In this document: in pieces, positions 8,639-13,856 of the stretch
Numbering within the stretch: position 1 is the stretch's first letter
Layout of the letters: every line of letters begins with the position of its first letter
Origin: a candidate division WOR-3 bacterium
GTDB lineage: Bacteria; Hydrothermota; Tepidihabitantia; Tepidihabitantales; Tepidihabitantaceae
Direction: 5' to 3'
NCBI GenBank assembly: GCA_039801225.1
Contig: JBDRUH010000040.1
Coordinates: 1-13,856 of the forward strand
Length of the DNA: 13,856 nt
Translations under genes and position numbers: made by a program
The notes under the pieces: model-generated
Told to the model about the DNA's origin: nothing
The model's input: the letters and a program-made list of their open reading frames with translations, nothing else
The model's database searches: none

Positions 8639-8727
8639 GGAAGGTTTAGGGGGTTAGATGAGTACGGTAGAATAAAAGGTCAACTTCCGCTCATTCCTGC
8701 GTGCTATAGTGCTTTTAAAAGCAGAAA

Positions 8728-8823
8728 TTAGCGGATTTTTTTCCTATGACGCAGTGCTTTACGCCGCTTTTTGAACTTGTGGCGTTTGACTTTGCGAAGT
8801 TTCCGTTTTCTGCCGCAAGGCAT
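8728..8823 (-). CDS. 30S ribosomal protein bS22 (AURKAIP1/COX24 domain), 31 aa
   Basis: Manual translation MPCGRKRKLRKVKRHKFKKRRKALRHRKKIR*; fits the Bacteroidetes-type MPxGxKRKxxKxxxHKxKKRxxxxRHxKK pattern; RBS AAGGGAG just after the HU stop. Not in the ORF track. Confidence 0.88.
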   Translation of the reverse strand: MPCGRKRKLRKVKRHKFKKRRKALRHRKKIR

Positions 8824-8836
8824 TTTTTTCTCCCTT

Positions 8837-9133
8837 TTATTCCTCTTTTCTCATCAGGCTTGCCTTGAGCAACCTTGATGCCTTAAAAACCGGCACTCGC
8901 CGGGGGGGAATATTAACCGGCGTTCTGGTTTTCGGGTTTCGCGCCACTTTGGGTTTACGCAGTTTGGTCGCAAGAACTCCGAAGCCACGAATTTCTACCC
9001 GGTTGCCCTCCTGCAACGCCCGACACAGTTCATCAATAAACAACTGAACAATTCTACCCACATCCCTTTTGGTAATGGTGGGTGCCATCTGACGGGAGAT
9101 GGTTTCAACTAAATCCGCTTTTGTTATAGTCAT
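8837..9133 (-). CDS. HU/IHF family DNA-binding protein (IHF-beta-like)
   Basis: TKADLV, RVEIRGFG, ARNPKT, VPVFKAS; RBS AAGGAGG upstream. Confidence 0.93.
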   Translation of the reverse strand: MTITKADLVETISRQMAPTITKRDVGRIVQLFIDELCRALQEGNRVEIRGFGVLATKLRKPKVARNPKTRTPVNIPPRRVPVFKASRLLKASLMRKEE

Positions 9134-9148
9134 AATCTTCCTCCTTAA

Positions 9149-9370
9149 TTATGAACAACTGCTACAACTTTTGGTGCTGCACTTTGCGCAACTCTTGCTT
9201 GAGGCAATTACTTTCTTTTCGCCACCCGTTACTCCAAAGACCGAGAACAATTGAGTTAGTTTCTTCCCGCCACAATTGGGACACACTATACCTTTTTTCT
9301 CCTCTTTGGGGAGGAGAAAAACTTCAAACCTATGGTGGCAGGAGTTACAACAAAATTCCCGAATAGGCAT
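9149..9370 (-). CDS. FmdB-family zinc ribbon protein (CxxC_CxxC_SSSS) with extra Cys-rich tail
   Basis: MPIREFCCNSCHHRFE...CPNCG..LTQLFS; C-terminal SCAKCSTKSCSSCS. Confidence 0.88.
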   Translation of the reverse strand: MPIREFCCNSCHHRFEVFLLPKEEKKGIVCPNCGGKKLTQLFSVFGVTGGEKKVIASSKSCAKCSTKSCSSCS

Positions 9371-9375
9371 AACTA

Positions 9376-9404
9376 ATTATAAAATAAATACTTCTAAAAG
9401 TCAA
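9376..9404 (-). promoter_or_regulatory. Near-consensus sigma70 promoter for fmdB-HU-bS22
   Basis: Minus strand TTGACT (9404-9399), 17 nt, TATAAT (9381-9376); only 5 nt to ATG 9370. Confidence 0.85.
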
Positions 9405-9494
9405 GCAAAACAAGGTGTCAAAAAAACAGAGTCTGAAACAGGTATCGGGAACTAATTTACTGGGGAATTTCTAAGGGGAATAACCTGAGAAGTT

Positions 9495-10343
9495 TTAATT
9501 ACTTAATGGCAGGGTCAACCAGGCATCCAGGCCGAGATAGTAATCGGCGATTGTTTCTCCTTTACATAAAGGAGAGATTGGCACACTGAACTTCGGGCGG
9601 AGGGTGATTTTGGGTATAGGTTGATAGAGCAAAAGGAAATTAAATAATGCCCGGTTTACCTCGGTATTCTGTTGAGCGGTGCCTTTTATCATTTTCTGTT
9701 CTTGGATGTAACCGGTGAAAGCCAGTTGGGGTGTTAATTTGGGCAGAAATGGAAAGTCTATACCGGCCATATACTCAAACATATTTCCCAATCTGGTGGT
9801 GTCGTTAGCCTTCCCATTAAACCAGTAGGCACCGCGCAAATGAGCCACCACCGCCTCCAATTTAATTGTATTCAGCGCCAGACCAAAACCGATGTCTGTA
9901 GAACCATCGCCCAGCGCTGGCGTTGCGGTTTTGTTGCCGGTGGGCAAAGAAAGGGCGAGGGAAAGCGCTGCTCTCACTGGTAAAGGCGAATTCTGCAGGA
10001 TGCCGTATCTTCCCACTATTAGGATATCGCCGATGCCTTGAGAAGTATTCGCCCCCTGACTTTTCAGCATTAAAGGCACAACGCCACCCAATTCTAAGTT
10101 GAGCGGTAATCCGACCGAGGCTAAAAAGTCTGCCGAAACTGTGGCGAGAGGGTTAACTCCTTCTTTTAAAAATTTCTTTGTCGTCCAGCCATAATTCTTT
10201 GTCGTCTGGTTATAGCCGAGATTTAACCAGGTGATGACTTTAAACGGTTTATTCACCGTGCCGGTGCGGATAATCAAAGGTGTGGCGTTCACCTCGGCGG
10301 TCAAGAGAAACAAAATTACTACCCAGCACTTAAGCCATTTCAT
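9495..10343 (-). CDS. Putative outer-membrane beta-barrel, transporter (MetA phenol-degradation/SphA-like) family
   Basis: Signal peptide ending AEVNA; GIGDI, LSLPTG, LGDGSTD motifs; alternating amphipathic strands; RBS AAGGAG. Confidence 0.65.
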   Translation of the reverse strand: MKWLKCWVVILFLLTAEVNATPLIIRTGTVNKPFKVITWLNLGYNQTTKNYGWTTKKFLKEGVNPLATVSADFLASVGLPLNLELGGVVPLMLKSQGANTSQGIGDILIVGRYGILQNSPLPVRAALSLALSLPTGNKTATPALGDGSTDIGFGLALNTIKLEAVVAHLRGAYWFNGKANDTTRLGNMFEYMAGIDFPFLPKLTPQLAFTGYIQEQKMIKGTAQQNTEVNRALFNFLLLYQPIPKITLRPKFSVPISPLCKGETIADYYLGLDAWLTLPLSN

Positions 10344-10368
10344 TTTTTGCTCCTTTCACTTTTCGGAG

Positions 10369-10396
10369 AGGATAATCACCCATCATTATCAGTCAA
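10369..10396 (-). promoter_or_regulatory. Putative sigma70 promoter for the barrel gene
   Basis: Minus strand TTGACT (10396-10391), 16 nt, TATCCT (10374-10369). Confidence 0.5.
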
Positions 10397-10438
10397 GAAA
10401 TTAACATTTTAGTTTACTATACAATCGTTCTACTTTTT

Positions 10439-10467
10439 TTGACAACCATTAACTTTGGTGTATAAAT
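10439..10467 (+). promoter_or_regulatory. Putative sigma70 promoter for mscL (divergent from the barrel promoter)
   Basis: TTGACA (10439-10444), 16 nt, TATAAA(T) (10461-10467). Confidence 0.6.
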
Positions 10468-10495
10468 GATAGTAATAGTGGAAAAAAGGAGGCAT

Positions 10496-10900
10496 ATGAG
10501 TCTTTTTAAAGAGTTCAAAGAGTTTGCCCTGCGGGGCAATGTGATCGATATGGCGGTCGGCATTATCGTCGGTGCGGCTTTTGGCAAGATTGTCTCATCC
10601 CTTGTGGGAGATGTGATTCTGCCGCCAATTGGGCTACTTTTGGGCGGAGTGGATTTTTCCCATTTTGCGATTACTCTCAAGGCAGCAACTCAAGACAAAC
10701 CAGCGGTTGTTTTAAGTTATGGCAAGTTCATCCAGACGCTGATTGATTTCATCGTCATTGCCTTTGCCATCTTTATTGTGATTGTCAAACCGGTGAATAT
10801 GTTCAAGAAAAAACAGGAGCAGGCACCACCCGCGCCACCAGCACCGTCAAACGAAGAAAAACTCCTTAGCGAAATCAGGGATTTGTTAAAGGCAAGATAG
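10496..10900 (+). CDS. mscL: Large-conductance mechanosensitive channel
   Basis: [58 protein letters not shown] (10487-10492) before ATG 10496. Confidence 0.97.
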   Translation: MSLFKEFKEFALRGNVIDMAVGIIVGAAFGKIVSSLVGDVILPPIGLLLGGVDFSHFAITLKAATQDKPAVVLSYGKFIQTLIDFIVIAFAIFIVIVKPVNMFKKKQEQAPPAPPAPSNEEKLLSEIRDLLKAR

Positions 10901-10922
10901 GAGTATAATAAGAGGGGTTAAA

Positions 10923-12098
10923 ATGCAGAGGTATATCAAACTCATCGGGTTTTCCGCGCTGTTCGCTTTGATTATTTCCTGCGGCGACCAGGGTAAAGAG
11001 CCTGAAATCAGATGGCGATTTACCAGTGCCGCCTTTCTTTCTTCTCCGGCAATCGGACCGGACAACACCATTTACGCATTCAGTGAAAACGATACCCTTT
11101 ATGCATTCAAACAGGACGGCAGTGTCAAATGGCGCCTGGGGTTGGCCGATACTATCTGGTACCATCCTTCAAACATTCTAATTTCGCCGGTTGTTGCTCA
11201 GGACAACACCATCTATCTTTTTGCGGTGGATGGCTGCCTTTACTCAATCAACTCCGGCGGCAGCATAAACTGGCGGTTACCGATTAAACCCACATTTCCC
11301 ACTATTTCTGGCACGCCCGCACTTGGAGCCAACGGAACAATCTATGTTTACGCACCAGAATCGCTTTATGCCGTTTTGCCAACAGGTGTTATTGATTGGG
11401 TTGTCGAGGTTGGTGGTGGCTCCTGTATCACCTTTCCGGCAGTTGGAGCAGACGGCACTGTGTATATCGGTGCGGACCGGGACCTGATTGCCCTGAATCC
11501 TGATGGCAGTCGGAAATGGTCATTTGATATGGCACCGGCAATCTACACGATTGACCGGCTGGCAATTGGCGCGGACGGAACCGTTTATGTGTTCGGCACC
11601 GGTCTTGATGACGCCGGCAATCTCCTTGCGTTCAGCAATGATGGCAACCTGCGCTGGACTTGCACTCTTGAAGACAGTGATTGCATCAGTATTGGCACAC
11701 CGGTAATCGGCTTAGACGGCACAATCTATCTTGGCAGCGCCACCAGTTCGGCGCGGGGCTGGCTCTATGCTGTTTCTCCTTCAGGACAGGTGAACTGGAA
11801 AAAACAGAGCACGGACTTGGTTCAGGAAGCCTATGATTTGGCGATTGATTCTGAGGGCACAATTTATGGTGTTGAAGGTGCGTTTACTCCTGACGGCAAT
11901 CTGAAATGGCACTATCCTATTGGCACAACAATTGTCAATTCCCCCGGGGCACCGGCAATTGGCTCCGATGGCACAGTTTATATCGGGTGCGGCACCGGAC
12001 TTTTTGCCTTTAACACCAGTGCTTCTGGACTGGCACAATCATCCTGGCCCAGGTCAAGACACGACAACCGCAATTCGGGTAATGTTTTAACCCAGTAA
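10923..12098 (+). CDS. Lipoprotein with PQQ-binding-like 8-bladed beta-propeller
   Basis: Lipobox IISC; eight repeats of [S/T]PAIGxDGT[I/V]Y, most followed by A.NPDG..KW; C-terminal WPRSRHDNRNSG. Confidence 0.85.
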   Translation: MQRYIKLIGFSALFALIISCGDQGKEPEIRWRFTSAAFLSSPAIGPDNTIYAFSENDTLYAFKQDGSVKWRLGLADTIWYHPSNILISPVVAQDNTIYLFAVDGCLYSINSGGSINWRLPIKPTFPTISGTPALGANGTIYVYAPESLYAVLPTGVIDWVVEVGGGSCITFPAVGADGTVYIGADRDLIALNPDGSRKWSFDMAPAIYTIDRLAIGADGTVYVFGTGLDDAGNLLAFSNDGNLRWTCTLEDSDCISIGTPVIGLDGTIYLGSATSSARGWLYAVSPSGQVNWKKQSTDLVQEAYDLAIDSEGTIYGVEGAFTPDGNLKWHYPIGTTIVNSPGAPAIGSDGTVYIGCGTGLFAFNTSASGLAQSSWPRSRHDNRNSGNVLTQ

Positions 12099-12298
12099 TC
12101 CGCCGGGAAGTAAGTCATCATCAAGCGTCCTGCCCGCAGGTTCACCGGTCTTGGGTTACTCCACTGGCATCATCCTTCTTGTCACCTCGGCTGAGACATC
12201 CTGATGCTCGCCCGTAACCTGTTTCACCTTCCCATCTTAGCGGTAACTCCGCTTATACGAAAACTAAAACTTTAGGGGTTTCGCCTCCAGGAGATAGG

Positions 12299-12520
12299 TT
12301 ATTTCTTCACCAACGGATTCCCCTGGGCGTCCTTCATATTATCGGTGGCGATCATAATTACATCTATCAGCCACCATATTCCCAGTCCGCCTAAGGTGAG
12401 CAACTTCAAGATTCCCAACCCGACATATCCCAGATAAAACCTGTCAACTCCAAACTGTCCGACCAGAATTGACAAAAGTAATGCGACCAGCCAGCTCTTA
12501 CCTTCTTTTACCTCGGACAT
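12299..12520 (-). CDS. TM2 domain-containing membrane protein, 73 aa
   Basis: KSWLVALLLSILVGQFGVDRFYLG...KLLTLGGLGIWWLID...KDAQG; ATG 12520 with RBS AAGGAG (12531-12526). Confidence 0.9.
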   Translation of the reverse strand: MSEVKEGKSWLVALLLSILVGQFGVDRFYLGYVGLGILKLLTLGGLGIWWLIDVIMIATDNMKDAQGNPLVKK

Positions 12521-12560
12521 AATCGCTCCTTTCGTTTCAAAAATCAAACCGTCCTGACAA

Positions 12561-12588
12561 ATTATAATTTCCACTCCACCTTTGTCAA
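12561..12588 (-). promoter_or_regulatory. Consensus-hexamer sigma70 promoter for the TM2 gene
   Basis: Minus strand TTGACA (12588-12583), 16 nt, TATAAT (12566-12561); the -35 overlaps the methyltransferase TGA. Confidence 0.75.
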
Positions 12589-13193
12589 TCGTCCACTTTT
12601 CCTTTGGGTCGCTGGGAATAAATTGTAAAATGCTGTTCTGAAAGAAAATCAAAATCCTGAATTAACACATACCCGGCCGCACTCATCTCCTGAATTAGCC
12701 TCTCCCTGGGAATATAATGACCGGGTTTTCCCCAAAACGGTAGAAACCTTACTGTCTTACTTTCCGCACCATAATCTATGATGACCACCTTGCCGCTGTC
12801 TTTCAAAAACTCCTTCAGTTCGGAAAAGTAACCTATCCGGTTTGATAGGTGATGGGTAACATTGCGCATAAAGACTAAATCCAGCCCCTTTCGGGGCAAA
12901 GGCAACTTATTCTTCACCGGTACGGTAACAACATTATTCAACCGGCGCTTTTTTGCCGCCTCCGCGATGAATTTCAAAAACGCCTCCTCCACATCAACCG
13001 CATAAACCCTGCCGCTTTCGCCAACTATATCGGCAAACCTCAGGGTAAAATATCCGCCACCAGCGCCGATGTCGGCAACAATATCACCCGGTTTCAACCC
13101 CAGCGTCCTAATGATTTCCTCTGGTTTACTCTTTGGGTCTGCGGCGTGCTTATTCAACCGCTTCGCCTTAAAGAGTTTTAACATTTTTCTCAT
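12585..13193 (-). CDS. Class I SAM-dependent methyltransferase
   Basis: Motif I VADIGAGGGYFT, VYAVDV, LDLVFMRNVTHH, LKDSGKVVIIDY. Start uncertain (13193 or 13184). Confidence 0.88.
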   Translation of the reverse strand: MRKMLKLFKAKRLNKHAADPKSKPEEIIRTLGLKPGDIVADIGAGGGYFTLRFADIVGESGRVYAVDVEEAFLKFIAEAAKKRRLNNVVTVPVKNKLPLPRKGLDLVFMRNVTHHLSNRIGYFSELKEFLKDSGKVVIIDYGAESKTVRFLPFWGKPGHYIPRERLIQEMSAAGYVLIQDFDFLSEQHFTIYSQRPKGKVDD

Positions 13194-13306
13194 CTGCGGT
13201 TTATGGTTTCCTTTTAATTTAACTCCTCTATCAGCATACCTGTCAACTCTTCATTCCTTTTAACAAAATGTTTGTCTATCTTCCCACCGTTTGCCCAATT
13301 ACCGGT

Positions 13307-13856
13307 TCAGGTGAGGAGATATTTTTCAAATTCTAAGATATTTTTGCTAAAGAAACTTTTGACCTCATTCCAGTTAAACGGTAGTAGCGTGGCTATTTCC
13401 GGTTCGTTGTCCGCGTCATCAAAGTAAACCAGGCTTTTTAGAATGTGATAGTAGTTGATGTCGGTGCCGGCAAAGCGGTTCTTAAAAAACCTGACCCCCT
13501 CCTCAATGGTTAACTGTTTAATTACAAAGCAGGCGTAGATGTCATAGAAATCCTTGCGGCTGCCACGCTGGGATAAGGTCTTGAATTTCTCTGCCATAAT
13601 GTCTCGCCAGTCGGCAACCGAAATCTTTTTTAATTTCAGTAACGGCAGGGTGAGTGGCACCGGATAATGAATAAATGAAACCTTGATGGCGTTTATTTCA
13701 CAGTAAAGTGTGCCGGTGCTGATAAGGTTCTCCCGGTAATGGAATTTTTCTTCAAGATAACGGGCAAGTTCAGCCGGCTGAAACCTTTCCGGCGTGAAGA
13801 AGTCTAAGTCTTCTGATCGGCGGTGTCCGAGCTGTAAAGCCAGACCGCTGCCACCG
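13307..13856 (-). CDS. AbiEii/AbiGii-family nucleotidyltransferase (type IV TA toxin-like), 5'-truncated by window
   Basis: Frame is open to the window end: GGSGLALQLGHRRSEDLDFF...KVSFIHYP...IMAEKFKTLSQRGSRKDFYDIY...LKSLVYFDDA. Confidence 0.88.
   Translation of the reverse strand, partial: GGSGLALQLGHRRSEDLDFFTPERFQPAELARYLEEKFHYRENLISTGTLYCEINAIKVSFIHYPVPLTLPLLKLKKISVADWRDIMAEKFKTLSQRGSRKDFYDIYACFVIKQLTIEEGVRFFKNRFAGTDINYYHILKSLVYFDDADNEPEIATLLPFNWNEVKSFFSKNILEFEKYLLT

Noticed and set aside
8462..8731. 89-aa basic ORF on the + strand
   Set aside because: Antisense to a TM-coding region (T-rich codons read as Lys/Arg) and runs across a promoter; no RBS or family motif.
9439..9487. Three GGGAA motifs and a CAGGT/ACCTG inverted repeat
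   Set aside because: Irregular spacing (16 and 13 nt) and too short to distinguish from chance; not CRISPR-like.
10466..10495. Longer mscL start
   Set aside because: ATG 10466 overlaps the -10 box; ATG 10496 has AGGAGG.
11060..11212. Direct repeat GGACAACACCAT
   Set aside because: Explained by the DNTIY protein repeats of the propeller blades.
12262..12298. GGCGAAACC on the minus strand as a c-di-GMP riboswitch-like motif
   Set aside because: Remaining consensus elements are absent and it lies downstream of a gene; more likely a weak terminator.
12521..12652. 44-aa N-terminal extension of the TM2 ORF
   Set aside because: Overlaps the methyltransferase and spans the promoter and RBS.
13216..13246. 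Promoter for the methyltransferase (TTGACA at 13246-13241)
   Set aside because: Best -10 candidates need an 18-19 nt spacer; plausible but not well enough supported to list.
234..13263. Remaining short ORFs in the track (e.g. 1392-1766, 1564-1944, 3173-3538, 5410-5862, 10417-10680)
   Set aside because: Antisense or off-frame shadows of well-supported genes, with no motifs.

Overview
Bacterial window of moderate GC content. A T9SS/FlgD-type C-terminal tail on a protease, an outer-membrane barrel and a bS22 gene suggest a diderm of or near the FCB group, e.g. WOR-3 (inference). Left, + strand: end of a pyrimidine operon (pyrR partial, pyrB, pyrC), then yjbQ, a class-V PLP aminotransferase and a KP-43-like S8 protease. 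Middle, - strand: a stand-alone WbaP-like phosphoglycosyltransferase coupled by a TAATG overlap to a divergent tandem Lrp/AsnC-like protein; a compact operon of an FmdB zinc ribbon, HU/IHF and a 31-aa bS22 (AURKAIP1/COX24) ribosomal protein missing from the ORF track; and a MetA/SphA-like barrel. Right: mscL, an 8-bladed PQQ-like beta-propeller lipoprotein, a TM2 protein, a SAM methyltransferase and a partial AbiEii nucleotidyltransferase. Non-obvious signals are the unannotated bS22 gene, near-consensus sigma70 promoters only 5-10 nt from start codons (probable leaderless mRNAs), and CAGCCGA-type heptamer arrays inside coding sequence, one of which sets the pyrR stop position and its coupling to pyrB. 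No tRNA, rRNA, CRISPR array or transposase was seen.
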